The notes: a model not told the origin generated them from the sequence alone. A stretch of DNA of 64,000 nucleotides from Octopus sinensis (GCF_006345805.1 NC_043015.1:23002001-23066000); one strand, 5' to 3'; counted from the first letter of the stretch, positions 40,300-56,579 are shown. Translations and numbers: made by a program.

Positions 40300-41482
40300 C
40301 AGAATCGGGTTTGACCCTTAGCTGTATCGTATGTATCAGGGTCAGATTTGCACGAAATAATTTTTTTCCTTTTTTACTTAGGCATATTTCCGTCAGAGTG
40401 AGTGTCTGTTTGAAGTAGCGGCCGTGGTGGAATTTTGCTTCTCCTTTTCGGAGGACTTATCTTTTGTTTTAGTATTCCTGGCCCAGGGTGTTTAAACTTG
40501 GTCTAAATTTTTTTATGAAATATAGTTCTTTATTTTGGCGTTGTGTGAAGGTTGCGTTGTCACTGAATTTATAGAGCGGGTTAGTTGTAAATTTCGGATT
40601 TACATTTCCAGCACATCTATCTATGTGTCCGCTGTCCGGAATTTTGCGGTAATCAGGGTTTCTAATTTGTGATTTATGCACCGCCATCCTGTTACGTAAG
40701 CTATTTTTTGTATGGCCTATATACTGCCTATTGCAGCCTGCGCATGTTATGACGTAAATTAAGTTTTCTGATGCGCAGGTGAAGTTTGTTCTAATGGTGA
40801 ACTGGTGGCCTTGTTCCAGTATAAATTCTGATCCTTCTTTCAAGATGACACAGATTCCGCAGTTGGGCCTTCCACATTTTCTAACTGCTGGTTTTGTGGT
40901 TGATGTTGAGTGCAGTGTAGCTTGGGTTAAAATCCTTTTCAAGGATTTTGGTTGCCGTTTACTTTTAATGATGGTGGGTGTTTCGAGGATCCGGTTCATC
41001 TTTGGGTCTCCCTTTAGTAGGGCTGTGCTTTGTAGTATGGTGTTGAAGGCCTCATTGTTGAGTGTAGAGATGTAGGGAAGGGTTTTTAATTGTTCTTTCT
41101 TTTTTGGTTTTGTTTGTCTCAGGTCTTCTATACTTAATTTAAGTACCCGTTGGATTGCACTGTCTATTAGGGGCTGTGGATAGTTTCTATTTGTGAGTGT
41201 GGTTCTAAGTTCCTGGAGACGTGTGTGTCGGGTGTTTGTGTCTGATATTATGGTGCAAATCATTCTAGCTAAACAAAAAGGGACATTCATTCTAGTGTGT
41301 CGTGGGTGGCATGAATCAAAGGGTAGGTACTGTTTAGAGTCTGTCGGTTTATAGTAGATATCTGTCTCTATTTTGCTGCCGGTTTTCTTAATGAGGATGT
41401 CTAAAAATGGTAATTCTTTTTCGTTGTGGTCCATCGTGAATTGTATATTGTCATTTATTCCATTTAATAGTATTTTTAATTC

Positions 41483-41815
<333 letters not shown>

Positions 41816-42079
41816 ACAGACAGACGTGTGTTAACACAATGAGAAAAACTAGAATTCAAAATATGAGTATATGTATATTTTTATTAATATTTAGCAGAAG
41901 CAACAGAGTGACTCAAGGTCCGAGATTTTCCTGTGTAAGTACTTAACAAACATTTATGTTTGAGTAGGCACAATGCAAGAAACACTTAGACTTGGGGCAC
42001 GAACTTGCTTCTGTTAAATATATATATATATATAGATATAGATATATATATATATATATATATATACATAAATATATAC

Positions 42080-42225
42080 ACACAATTGCAGCGTGGAAGG
42101 TGTTTATAAGCCATTTAAGAAACACACAAAACCGTTAGATTCACTTCAAAATTTTAATTTAATTTGTCGAAATATTTTCGTCGCTTTGAGATCGCGACCT
42201 GTTCACTGACAAAACTTCGTACTGT
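42080..42225 (-). mobile_element. Short PLE-like terminus (family 4) with hammerhead-like motif at 42163-42213
   Basis: Reverse complement of 58325-58470; embedded in (TA)n. Confidence 0.6.
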
Positions 42226-42257
42226 TATATATATATATTATATGTATATATCTATTT

Positions 42258-43490
<1,233 letters not shown>

Positions 43491-43901
43491 TAGGTAGATG
43501 AGGATTTAGAAAAATGTAACGTGGTAGGTAAACTTGTATGCTAGCAATGAATTTAAAGAGCAAAAGAATTAGGTCGAGCTAAACAGAGGCACGGAATTAC
43601 AATGACACTCTTCACTTGACATTGATGTTGCCTTGGGGATATTAAGTAAAGGATTAACAGAGAAAAAATAATGCATCTCACACGAAAACATAGAAAAAAA
43701 ACCCATAAACTATTTTATCATGGATGTTATATAGTTTCATGTTATTTTGCTGAAATATTGAGAAACAATATCACAGCTTTTTTAGTATTTAAATATTTAA
43801 AAGAGTTAGACGCACATGCACAGACAAGCACAAATACATGTACAAACACATACACATAAACACATATGCGAACGCTCAAAATTTTATTACGTATATGATT
43901 G

Positions 43902-43945
<44 letters not shown>

Positions 43946-45293
43946 GATTAAAGTAAGAAGTAAGAAAGAAAAACATTTGAGATCTCTCGAAAATAGATGA
44001 TTCACTTTAGATAGAGAACATGATCACCCACATGCACTTTCTGACCTCTTTCGACAAGCATAGCCACATTATGCAGACTAGTATATATCTACTTTACTAC
44101 CCTGGCATTTCTGTTATACCCATACACTGTTGATACTGCAGTATAATATTCCAGTTCAGTCCTCATTCACTCTGTAACTTTCATTATTCTTTCCATGGAT
44201 TATCATTGAACATTCTCATTTGAAATTGCAAATGGACCTTATCAATAAATTTATTTGATCTCTTTATCATTGAACAGCTAACATATACATATCGTATACT
44301 TATGCTTTCTTCATTTTTGATTAACTGGAATACACTAATATTCTCGACGGGAGATATTTCTTCATTTTTACATGTTTCTGACATCTACCTCTCTGATGAT
44401 AGAATAGTCAGCTTTCCCAATCTTCATTCAACATCATGATCCACATATTTGGCTATTCTATAAACAGGTTTAAGTGACATTATAAATTTATATTCTTTGT
44501 TCTCTCTCTAAATTAAGTGTTTTTCGGGTGATGCCAACTGTTATAATTTCTGCTCGAGCAGAAACCACTTCTAGTTGCCTCTAATACGCAGTTTCAATGC
44601 CACATATTTCAGCTGCTTTACAAGGCAAAGTTTTAGTGGATATAAACACTCATTCGTACATTTATAACATCTAAAGCAACATATTAGTCATCTAATAACA
44701 TTTATAACATCTAATACAACATATTAGTCAGTTACAGAAGCACTAAAGTAGAGCACTTCCTTTAAACTTTATTTAGTAACAAAATTTCGGCTTTCCAACA
44801 GTGACAATTTCACTGACACTGGCCAGTGCTGCAACCGCAATAGTGCCAGCAAGTTGGTTACATTTAGTGCGACGAAACGTTTGACGCCAAAAGATGAATT
44901 TAAATTTTAACTCCAAAAATGTGAAGTAAGCAATTTTTCTGTTTTTGAATAGTTAATATGTGTCTTCTTTGCAGTGAGTGTGTATTTTCAATGCACAATA
45001 AACACAATTTAAGAAAGATCTGATAAAAGTTTGATGCTCTAGAGATACAATAATTTGGCGTATCTATGTAACATGGCATGTGTTTCTAAGCTGGTTGTTG
45101 AAATAAAGTCTAACAGTATGTACTGAGGCTGACAAAATGCTTGGAGGCATTGTATTTTACATGAATTTGTTGTATGTTATATAGAACAATTAGTAATTGT
45201 TTCGTTTTCAAATTCTACATATTATTTTATACTTATTTCACAAGGATAGAACACTTCGTGTTCATCCTAAGTATATCGGAACAGTGAACTTAT

Positions 45294-45348
<55 letters not shown>

Positions 45349-45651
45349 ATATATATATATATATAGATATATATATATATGTATATATATATATAAACAC
45401 ACACACACACATATATGTATATATGTATATATATACACACACAAACACACACGCATATCAAGTTTTAGGGGTTGCATTGAGTTGTACCGATAAAATGTAG
45501 GATTAATATAGTAATAATAACAATAATCTTTTGATGAGATTTATGAACATTTAATGCATCTCTACGCGCGTTTCCACACATCATATGTCTCTTAAGATCA
45601 CAGTCCGTATTCGTGGGATGAATACAGTGCAGTCGTTGAATCCTTGGGCAT

Positions 45652-45687
<36 letters not shown>

Positions 45688-45742
45688 GAGGGAGAGATAC
45701 ACACACAAAGAAACAGATAGATAGAATTTGAATATATACATA

Positions 45743-45862
45743 GTCATGGAGCGAATTGTCAGGAGAAAACTGATCACGTTCCTCGTAGATAATGACTTGC
45801 TCCCTAACACTCAGTATGGTTTCCGGAGAGGTAGACGCTGCCTCTCACAGCTTTTGCAGCAT
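45743..45862 (+). pseudogene. Isolated RT fragment of a CR1-group LINE
   Basis: VMERIVRRKLITFLVDNDLLPNTQYGFRRGRRCLSQLLQH, homologous to FLESHNMLNPNQHGFRNGRDCLTQLLHH at ~59940-60030. Confidence 0.8.
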
Positions 45863-47454
45863 TAAGCCTTCCTTACATTTTCTGAGGAATTTCTTAGTTG
45901 TAAAGAACCCCTTGAAGAGTATCTATAGCGGTCTTCTAGAGCCCCTTTGCATTTCTTAAGGAGGATTGGGCGGAATCTGTACAATTGTAAGTTCCTGGTT
46001 TATTGTCCAGAGAGCACGTTCACCACGTATTGCTATCAGGCGTCTTTCCAGGAATTCGAGAGCTTTCCTTTATGCTGCAGGTGGTGCGCTTTGTTGTCAG
46101 CTTGGCGTTTATCTTGAACGAATGTAAAAGTGAGCCATCTCTGTAACTGTCTCTGATCTAACCAGGTGAGATCACAAGTTAGGAGACAAATACAAAAGGT
46201 ATATTTATATTCCCTTTTATGGTAACAGATGTGCAATATTTCGATATTGTGCTTTGTTATGTGCATCACTTGTATCATCAAATGTCTATTATACATCAGT
46301 AGATACGGATGTGATTTGGTTCATTGTTTTCTAATATACTTTTTGTTCTGTTTCATATTATGTAGTGCATTGTTATTTATCGATGTTATGAAAGTGTCTT
46401 CAAAAGATAAGTGAGTGAAGCAGTTACGTAGTTAAAATAGCAGGTAGTGTTACACTGTTTGCGACTTAAAATTTGAAGTTAAATTTAAAATCCTATTGGG
46501 AGTTGGTATCCTGTCTTTATCTAGACACGTCTGTGATTAAATATTTCCAAACTTACCATTCAGATAGTACGTCAACAGTGTTGATATGTGGCTTAGGGCA
46601 ATAGATTTTGTTATTCTTTACAAAAGCTTTTGGTAATGCGGCATTCTTTTGCACAGTTAATCTACTTCTCACTCAACTAATACTTTTTATGTATGGTTTG
46701 TGCGTTTTAATACTTGTGAGATGCGATATATTTGTGGCGGTACATAGCTTATTATTTCTTGCTCTGTTAGTTTATTATAATAATTTATTGACAAATGAAT
46801 GTTTAATTTCGTATATTTCTTAGCTAGTGCACCGTTTTATATGACCATTGTAGGGACAATGTGTAATCTATAACATAGATCAATCTGTTTGAACGCATAA
46901 GTGCGAGGAGATACGTAGCAAAAGTAAATGAAGTCATTGATATTCTTCAGGTTTTGACATGTATTGTATCTATTACACGACCCTCTTTTGGAACCACTTA
47001 TAATTAACCTTTGTGTTGATAGTTCTAAATTCGTTAAACATTGCCGAATGTGACATATGTCGTAAAGTTATGGGTTGGTGAAGAGATTTGGAGCAATATT
47101 CTATAGTCTTTTAATTTATATCATGTGTCAAACACTTTTATTATTTAATATTGTACGGCGACAGCTTTACAATGGAACGTTTCAAATAAGCATTGGCATC
47201 GTTGAAATAATTTAATCAATACAAAGCCATTAGATTCCAAACAGGTTATATTGTCTTCCATGAAGTTTTATGTATGAAAGGCATGGATGGTTGCTACAGG
47301 CGGGTAATTTAAATATTATGACTAAGGAATTATTCTCTACCAATATGCGTTCAGTGAGAAAGATCTGTGGGATACTACCTGAACGTTTGCCCCTTCAGTG
47401 ACAATTTAAAACGTGCGTAAAATGATATGATTAATATATAGTGTAACGACTCGC

Positions 47455-47514
<60 letters not shown>

Positions 47515-47764
47515 CATAGATATATACGTAGATAAATAGATACACACACATACACACACACATATATATGTTTGGCAAAATAATGCAGAGATTTTGGTGC
47601 TTCGCACTAATTTCTTACCTATACCTGAATTATTACCATATTCTTATAGAAGTGAATTTATCCATGGTTTTATACACACAGGATACTCACATATACTTAT
47701 CTTGTGACATACATACATGCATATACGCATACTCGCAGATTTTTCTATAGTATTTATGTATTGC

Positions 47765-47796
<32 letters not shown>

Positions 47797-47826
47797 AGTA
47801 TGCGTGGTAGATATATATATATATAT

Positions 47827-48831
47827 GAAAAAACAAGTCAAGATAGAAAATGCTAAAATAATGTTATAAACAACATTTTAGTACCGGTTCCAGTCATTTG
47901 AGACCTTTTCAACTGTAACAATTAAATAATTAAATTTAGAAAAATTAAAAGAAAAGGTTTTTTCAAATAATATTTGTATAGTGTTCAAATATAAGTGGCA
48001 TTTCCTTTGTTTCTGCCTTTCTCTGTATCTCTTGTTTACACTTGTAGGTTCGAGGTTGTTGTGAATTCTTGGTAGGGAAGAAGAAGAAGGAGGAGGAGGA
48101 GGAGAAGGTGGGCGAAGAATTTGGGAGTATCTTGATTGTCGTATTTTGAGTGGTCAGTTGCTGTTCAATTCATGAGAATATTTCTATTGAAAGGTTTGTT
48201 TATAGAATTTGCGTAGGTGTTATACTAAAAAGCATTAGTGATAAAGTTAGGAAGTAGAAGGGGGAGAAGAAGAATATGAAGAAGAAGAAGGAGAAGCGGA
48301 AGAAAAAAGAAGAAGAAGAAGAAGAAGAAGAAGAAAAGAAGAAAAAGAAGAAGAAGAAGAAAAAGAAGAAGAAGAAGAAGAAGAGAAGAAGAAGAAGAAG
48401 AAGAAGAAGAAGAAGAAGAAGAAGAAGAAGAAGAAGAAGAAGAAGAAGAAGAAGAAGAAGAAGAAGCAGAAGGGAGTATATGAATGAGTGGAAGTAGTGA
48501 GGTGTTGTATGACTTAAACTTCGCACGTTATGGGTTATAGCTGTGATTGGGGTTTATTTTTAATGATTTCTTAGGAATGTAATATTTGCGTGTGTATTTG
48601 TGTTATTCTAAAGCCGAGGTGGATCTATCGTTTGCCGTAGACCCGTTCAGAAGAGGCCTGTATTTTGTAATAAAGAGAGTTTCTTTACTTATTCGTTGGC
48701 TCGAAGTTGTATCGTCCTGAATTGGTAGAGGGGGAAAATCCTGAATCTTAGTGTTTTGTTGTTGGCTCAAATATCTATGTGTTGGCTGAGTGCTATTTTT
48801 CTGTTTTGGGTAATTTTTATCTGGGATCTGT
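47827..48831 (-). mobile_element. Penelope-like element, short 3' copy of the family at 19781-21600
   Basis: Colinear with 19781-20691, with the same terminus GAAAAAACAAGTCAAGATAGAAAATGCTAAAATAAT next to (TA)n; contains the end of the GIY-YIG ORF. Confidence 0.93.
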
Positions 48832-49534
48832 CTATTTATCTATCTATCTATCTATCTATATATATATATATATATACATGTTTACATATCCATACACGCT
48901 CAGGCAGACCTAAGCACTTATTCACACATTTATGAATGAAAGTCTTCAGTGTCAATGACAAGTATTTACATGTTCTATCAACTACAAACCAGCTCATAGT
49001 TCCTGAGGTCATTGGTTAAGTATTCCACAGTCAAGTCTATGTTTCGCGCAATCCTCGGCAATTAACCATAAAAAAACGAATGTCACGACTAAGTATTATT
49101 AGAATGTCCGATCGACTCAATCTAATTGCTTGCGCCACAGTTCAGGCAAAACTGTCGAACTCTCAAAATATATGTATACACGGATCAGCACCATAAGAAA
49201 ATGGCCTAATGTAGGATTGAGCTCTGGACTAAGGAGTGTGTTATTGCCAGGCAGATATTTTAGACAACAGCTCCGCAACAAATACGAATGCACATATGTT
49301 GTAACCACACATGAATGCATACAACAATAACAAACACGCGTGCGCGTGTTCAGATATACTCACACAGACACACACGCACACACATACACACAAGTACACA
49401 TAAATTCTCTGTAAATACGAGAGTTTGCATTTTTCGTTGTAATATATGAAGAGTTAACCTTTAGTTAGGTAAGAAGCAAAAACAGATGCTAGAAAGATCC
49501 TATATATATATGTATGTATGTATATACATGAACG

Positions 49535-49720
49535 TGCTTGCCTCAGAGTTTTGAGCGTATGGATTTCAATCGTGAGATTGTGAGGTGAGTTTCATTCCCA
49601 GACTGGGTTGCGTGTTGTTCTCTTCAGCAAGACACTTTACTTTACGCTGCTCCCGTACACTTAGTTGTATAAATGAGTTATGATGTCACTGGTGCAAGCT
49701 GTATTGGCCTTTGATTTACT
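49535..49720 (+). mobile_element. Decayed SINE related to family C
   Basis: TTTCATTCCCAGACTGGG...TGTTCTCTTCAGCAAGACACTTTACTTTACGCTGCTCCCGTACACTTAG.TG...AAATGAGT. Confidence 0.55.
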
Positions 49721-50844
49721 CTTGTATGTCATCGTTGGCTTAGATTGCTCTTCCACAAAGAACAATCTTGCCCAGCCTCGTGCCCCCGGGTGGAGTGGGA
49801 GAACATTCTTCCCATCCTCATTTTCCCACTCACACAAAAACACACACATATATGTGTACATGATGCACGTATACCTTAATAAGTATATAGATACACACAC
49901 AACGCCTATGCATAGAGCACGCTCAGTCACATATATACTTATATAACACATATTCATACAAATTACCCGCACGCGTTTGAGTGTCTACGCATAAGTATGT
50001 GTTCGTAGAATCTTATACTTTCTAATATATGTTTTGCGTCTTTTAAATTGAATGTGGGCTGTATTTGTCATCGAATGATTAACATTCCCCTCCTGTGTCT
50101 CCTTTTCACCCCTCCACCTATCTCTCACATAGAACATAACTCTGCTTCACTTGAAGCAAATTATCGCACACCACAACATTTTATTCGGCTTACATAAATC
50201 AGGTGGTATTAAGAATTGGTAAAATTAAAACCAACTTTGGAATGTCACCAAAGTATTGGCTACCAACCAAAACGATATTCTTGAATCCTGGAACTTAATT
50301 CTCTGATCCAAATTTGTTTCTTTACTATATTTTTTTTTTCTTTTTCCATTACTTTTTCAAATCTGCAATGTATTTCGAATACATGAATAGGCAGATAATA
50401 CTAGAAATATCTTACAATAATTTTTGTTGATGCTGCTGCGGTGGTTGTGTTTCCTTTGCTTATCTCTTCCCGAGAGGACTTTTACTCTGCAGTAAGAAGG
50501 TAAAAAGGAATTATAATAAAATAAACTTTATTTTTACAAGTTAACAAACGATTAAACAACAACCAACAGATCCATACCATGCTTATTAGTGAAAAAGAAA
50601 GAACAAAGATGAACCATTACCTACCTAAGGTCACCATCATCCACTGCCTAGTTCCCTCACAACCATACTAGTGAGATATGAGAGGATATCTTTATTATTG
50701 CTACAGCCTATATAATCACTTTTCTTATTCAACCATGCGTGCAACGTGTTAATACGTATTTTAAAAACAAGCGGTAGTGTGACATGAATGAGTTTTAGCT
50801 GCTAATACTTGCAGATAGAAAGACAACAGTTGACACGTTATTAT

Positions 50845-51062
50845 TATTGGTGAACTGGCAGAAACGATAGAACGCCGGTGAAATGCTTAGCTGTGTTTCA
50901 TCTGTGTTTACGTTCTGAGTTCAAATTCCACCTTGGTCGACTTTGCCTTTCATCCTTTCTATTTCGATAAAGTAAATACCAGTTGCGTACTGGTGTCGAT
51001 CTAATTAAGTGGCCTCCCTTCCCCCAAATTTCGGTCCTTGTGCCTAGAATAGAAACGATTAT
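50845..51062 (+). mobile_element. SINE family A, near full length
   Basis: GGTGAACTGGCAGAAACG..AG.ACGCCGG.GAAATGCTTAG...GTTCTGAGTTCAAATTCC...GGTCGACTTTGCCTTTCATCCTTT...CCTTGTGCCTAGAATAGAAACGATTATT. Confidence 0.85.
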
Positions 51063-52694
51063 TCTTGATTCAGACTGTGATGATGGTGATAGTAATGGTA
51101 GTGTTGGTGGGGAGGTGATGCTTAATATGGTGGCTCCTAACTGAAATTTCATTTTAACAGAATCGTTTGAGCGTGCGATAGAATGTCTTCTGCTAATAGT
51201 TCTTACTAGTATATTACCGCTGCTCTGAGTTCAGATAGTATCATGTTCAGCTTGGCCTTCCAATGTTTCGGGAACATAATCTGTCTGTGTCACTCCCTCT
51301 CTTTCGCTCTCTGTCTATCTTCGACTCTCTCGCTGTTTATTACTCTTTTGATTCTTTCTCTCCTCTCATTATTCATCTGTTCCTTCCCACCCCTTATCTC
51401 TCATTCTTCTGCTGCTCTCTATCTCTTTATCTCTTTCCATATATGGCACTTGCTTTTTCCACGAAAACCGGTAATGCTCTTCATTGTAGTGGGTTCCAGT
51501 AGAGAATACCGAATACAATAAGAATGGTCCTCAATTTTTATCAAGATTTGAGGGCCAAGTCATTTGAACTTAGCCGTTTGAACTGTCCTGAAACTGTACG
51601 GGTATAAGAGGCACCGTCACTATACATCGAGGTGTTTATGTGAAATGCGAGGGTATAATTTGACTGACATGAAACTATTATTTCTGTTACATTCACTGAT
51701 GCTGCTGTCGCTCCTGCTGCTGTTTTGTTGTCGTCGTTGTTGCAGTTGTTGAGACCACACCAACCCGAAACGAACACATGTAAATATGAGTAGCAATCAT
51801 ATCTACACGCTAACGTTCTTTTCTTCAAAGTCGGGAAAACGGGCCAATATTTGGTAAGCAGTAGTATTTTAATTTCAGTGTGATTTGACTGCTGTTTCTA
51901 GTTGATGAGCTTCCCTCGTCGATTAGTAATACTTTGGAGCTGGTGTTTGTTGGAAGATGTGTATATGATCGTAGAGCTGCGTTTTAGGACCGTAGCCATT
52001 TATGTGGGTGTGGACCTATGATCAAAGCTATCCTGTTAGTAAACATTCAGTCATATTTTAAAGGCATAGCACATCTAGGATTACACTTTATTATGAAACA
52101 CATTCCGTTTACAAAAAACAAAAAAGACAGCATGATATTGCTGATGGAAATGTGGTTGATATTTCTCACTATTGAATTGACCTAGAAGGAAATGCTACTC
52201 ACCCCATTATTTATTAGCAATAGTTGGATGAGCTAGGATTTGTAGAAAGTATGGCTACCCAACTATTCAGAGAAACGAATGAAAAATAAAAAAAGACAAA
52301 AAAGCAGGACTGTTGCAATAAATGTAAGCAAAGGAGACGATACAAACTCGATTAGAGGAATATAATATGATAACATTAACAAGAATTGACCAGTTTGCAC
52401 CGGTCTGCTTTCAAATGATTTGCTGCTGTCTAAGCAAATGGTTGATTACTTCGATTGTTATATAACTTGATGTAGGCACGTATAAGTGGATATATTATCT
52501 TGATAATAGCCAAACGGTGTTCACGAAGAAGATAGGGGTAGTGATGGTGGTGGTGTGGTGATGTTTAGTAGTGATGAGGTTGGTGGCAGTGTGGGGGATG
52601 GTTGAATTGATGATGATGATGATAACGACGATGATGATGATAGCACTACCCTTGCCATAGGCGGCTTAACCACCACCACCACCACCACCACTAC

Positions 52695-52726
<32 letters not shown>

Positions 52727-53929
52727 TCATCATCATCATCCTATTCATCATCATCCTCCTCATCATCATCACCGTCATCATGAGCAGCAACAGCATCGTT
52801 TTCAATACCCTAATTCTGTCTACATGTATAGGAACTATTCTTGAAAAGATAGAAAATGAGAGACATATGAGAGTATATATGTGTGTGTATGTGTGTATGT
52901 GCGGGTTTGTGTATGTACATTTATATGGACATATATTTACATACATAAATATGTCTGCGCGCGTAATTTTATGTATATGTGTGAATATATACATACATGT
53001 ACACATACACATATGGGTATACGTGGGCATAAATAGAAGGAGGAAGAGAGCGAGCGAGAGAGAGAGAGACAGAGACAGGGAGAGACAGAGAGAAAGAGAG
53101 AGGAGATAAACGTGCAGATGTAAAAGAAAATTTTATCTAGAATTGTGTTGACACCGACACACTGTTGATCTTTAATGCTCAGAGTTGTAGACATGGAATA
53201 TTTCTTCCGGATTGTAGTTTGGTGAGTTTATAAAATATTTAATGGACGCTATTGAGAGAAGAAAATGGTGTTTAATGTGATTTTTCTTTCGAACCTGGTA
53301 ACGGCGTCTGTTTATTTACATTTTTCATAAAACTTCAAAGACTTATATATATAGATATTATTTCGTTATATGAGAATTGACTTCTATAACACATTGTACT
53401 TATACAAACTGATTCAGTTACCTGACTTGGCATCGGGACATTGAATTAGTTAGCATATTCTAGTAAGAATATAATCTTAATCATAAACTAAACTAGTCAA
53501 GACTATTGCCATGTAGTTCATATCTACATATATCCCATCTCCCTGAAGATAATTTGTATGAATTTTATATATAGACATATTGTTATTTACGATTTTGTCC
53601 ATTTTAGCGGCATTTATGTTAGATTTAGCTAACATGTAATACGATCTAATATGCAATACATATGTGATACAAAAAAATAAAACGTAATTCTTTAAAAATT
53701 GCATAATTACATAGCGAACCACATTCAGGAAAAATCTGTCCAGGCTTCATCAGGAGGAAAATATTAAAAAATAACTGCTTCTACTATTTTTAGTAAGAAT
53801 TCTTTCTACCATAAACATGAAGGCAGGAATATGTGGACAGTATTAGTTGATATCATTAACAGCAGTAAATTTTATTATTGACCCCGGACTCAGAATATAA
53901 AGAACAGAGAACTTTTATTAGCAATAATA

Positions 53930-54361
53930 GTTTTAAATTTTGGCGCAAGGCCAGAAATTTCGAGGAGGGTGTACGTTGATTGTAAGTTAATCCTAGTACT
54001 CAACTGGTATCTATTTTATCGACGTCGACAGGGTGAGTGACAAAGTGGATCGCGTTGGAATTTGAACACAGAACGTAAAGACAGACGAAATGCTGCTTAG
54101 CATTTTGTCGGGGGTGTTAAAGATTCTGACGGCAGATTATTAATAATAATACTTTCTCCTGTAGGCACAAGGCATGACATGTTTTGTGGGGAGAGGAGTA
54201 GTCGATTACAACGACCCCAGAATTTCACTGGTACTTCATTTACTACGAATACAATGGAAAGTCGACCTCGGCGGTATTTGAACTCAGAACTTGAAGACGG
54301 ACGAAATACCACTAAGTATTTCGTCCTGTTTTCTAACGATTCTGGCAGCTGGCCACGCCCT
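53930..54361 (-). mobile_element. Two head-to-tail SINE family A copies (~53930-54135, 54150-54361)
   Basis: Family core motifs on the minus strand, separated by a short TAA run. Confidence 0.75.
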
Positions 54362-54751
54362 CATTCTTAGTAGTAATGATGGCACAAATATGAACAAATC
54401 ACCTGGCATAAAATGTAAGGCAGTGGAGAGAGGAAGTCGATAGCGGAACTTACGAGAAGTTGAATGATAATAAAGGTGTTGAACACATACATTGGTAACT
54501 AATGAATGCCTGAATGAAACACTGCGCTCATTAAAATGCCAATTAAAACGCATCAAGCCACTACTACAATTAAAGCAAGAAAATTTAATTAATAGATCTA
54601 TCATAAAGAAGAAAAAAATATAGAAAGAAAAGAAACATCCAAATTAAATAAAATATGGTGTGTAACTAGTTTTCGAAAAATAACTGGCTTGCGTCAGCGA
54701 CCAGGTCACAGAAATGCTGCGGTAGACACTGGCAGTTCCCATTATATCCTA

Positions 54752-55147
54752 CTAGCAGTATCGCCCGGCGTTGCTCGGGTTGTAAGGGAAATAACTATAT
54801 AAGCATTTTTAGAGAGTTATAGCCAAAAAATAGCAAAGAAATGCATTAAAAATTGAAAAAAAATTAAGGTAAATTTTTTTTTTAAATCGTTGACACATCG
54901 TAGATATTTTTAGAGAGTTACTTCCCTTATATAAAAGCGAAAAAAATGCATTAAAATTGAAAAATATGATGGTAAATGTTTTTTAAGTCGTAGACGCATC
55001 GTAGACGCGCGCTAATACCCAGAAGGGCTCGATATGAATCACGACTATAAGATACCCGCTTTTGGTTAAACTGCACGGCAAAATGTGGGAGTAGTTACGA
55101 ATCTAAATCGAAGGGGACAGACACACAACTTCACTCTTATATAAAGA
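54752..55147 (-). mobile_element. Non-autonomous Helitron, complete
   Basis: Minus strand starts A|TCTTTATATAAG and ends with hairpin CCCGAGCAACGCCGGG, then CGATACTG-CTAG|T: canonical TC...hairpin...CTRR termini in an AT site, no TSD. Confidence 0.88.
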
Positions 55148-55164
55148 TGCTTTTTTTTTCAGTC

Positions 55165-55934
55165 ATAGAGTTAGATCTATGAAGGTCTTCAGTAGAAATT
55201 CCTTCGAATTCTGACTCGCTGCTTGATATAATGAAATTCGTATCCATTTTTTGTCAGAATTACAAATTTTGAAAACACAATAGGAACAAATTTCGGAAAA
55301 AAATCTCCCATAATTCACGGAATTAAAATTAGACTTCGATTTTTTGTACAAAACTCTATTTGAAGTGTTTACGAAGTATAATACGTGTTTTCACGAATGT
55401 ACTAAAGAGATTTACTCTGATATTCTCATTTAAATATGAATAGGTAAATTCGGGCGGTTTGGTAACGAAAGGGTTTATATAAGTGTCGTCTGTTTATACA
55501 TAAACACTGTTTCATACTTTCAGTTTAGTCTTCCTCAAATCACTCTGTCGCTAATTTACTCTCTTCCAAGAACATTTTCACTCACTGTTATCTGTTAGCT
55601 TCCCATACATTTTACTCATGTATCTATTAGCGTGATAGACAGAAACAAATATTACATTTACTTTCATTTTATTCGTCGCACACTGTGTGTGTGCGTTTGC
55701 GTGTGGTGTAAACCAGACTAAGAAAAGCATTTGACACACACACCAGAATGTGAGTTTTCTATAAATTTTGCTTAATTGGTGTTTAAATTTTAAAAACTGG
55801 ACCTGGCATGACGCGATGCATTGTACTCTTAAAAATGCTAGGTAAATTGTAATTGAAGAAATGCTATATTGTAGATTTCTATAACTCCCAAAGGGAGGCA
55901 GATAAAATCTGCCTTTTATAATAAGAGATATAGA
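55165..55934 (-). mobile_element. Probable second non-autonomous Helitron (5' end recognisable, own 3' end not seen)
   Basis: Minus strand starts TCTATATCTCTTATTATAAAAGGCAGATTTTATCTGCCT: a TC start, AT-rich leader and short hairpin. Confidence 0.5.
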
Positions 55935-56304
55935 CAATACACGATGGCGAAGGTAAGCATCTCATATAAGGAAAAATAACTTTTCTTACTCTGTTTTTTT
56001 TTTACTATACTTTCAGCGTACTTCATCGCACCAAGTCTTTTTACACGAAAGAAATGTGTCAGATATATAGAAAAAATATCTGTAGTTATAACTGCTGGAG
56101 GGTTCTCTAAACGCTGATCATAAACGTCAAGTTATATGAATAAATAATGTTATACAAGCATGCGCAAACACGTACACACACTCACGCATACACACACACA
56201 CATATATACATACATGTTTGTGCGAATGTATGAATAAACGTATACATGGATATTCACACGCCTGAATTAATAATGATGTATGTATATATATATATATATA
56301 TATA

Positions 56305-56368
<64 letters not shown>

Positions 56369-56458
56369 ATATGTATATATGTATATATATACATGTGTAT
56401 ATATATTCATATATATATATATATATTAAAAATATAATATATATAATATATAATATTG

Positions 56459-56503
<45 letters not shown>

Positions 56504-56516
56504 TATTAAAAATATA

Positions 56517-56565
<49 letters not shown>

Positions 56566-56579
56566 GTTAAGTTAAGTTA

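Larger units (their letters stand above)
39396..41480 (-). mobile_element. Penelope-like element (Neptune type, second family), 5'-truncated, long 3' UTR
   Basis: ORF 40469-41434: LPFLDILI, DIYYKPTDSKQYLPFDSCHPRH, KCGRPNCGIC, LIYVITCAGCNRQYIGHT, KELYFIKKFRPSLN; 3' end abuts (TA)n; hammerhead-like motif at 39457-39504. Confidence 0.92.

Noticed and set aside
45870-47450. Long microsatellite-free stretch that may be a very old minus-strand LINE
   Set aside because: Only a weak KAF-like hint; no RT motif series could be reconstructed by eye.
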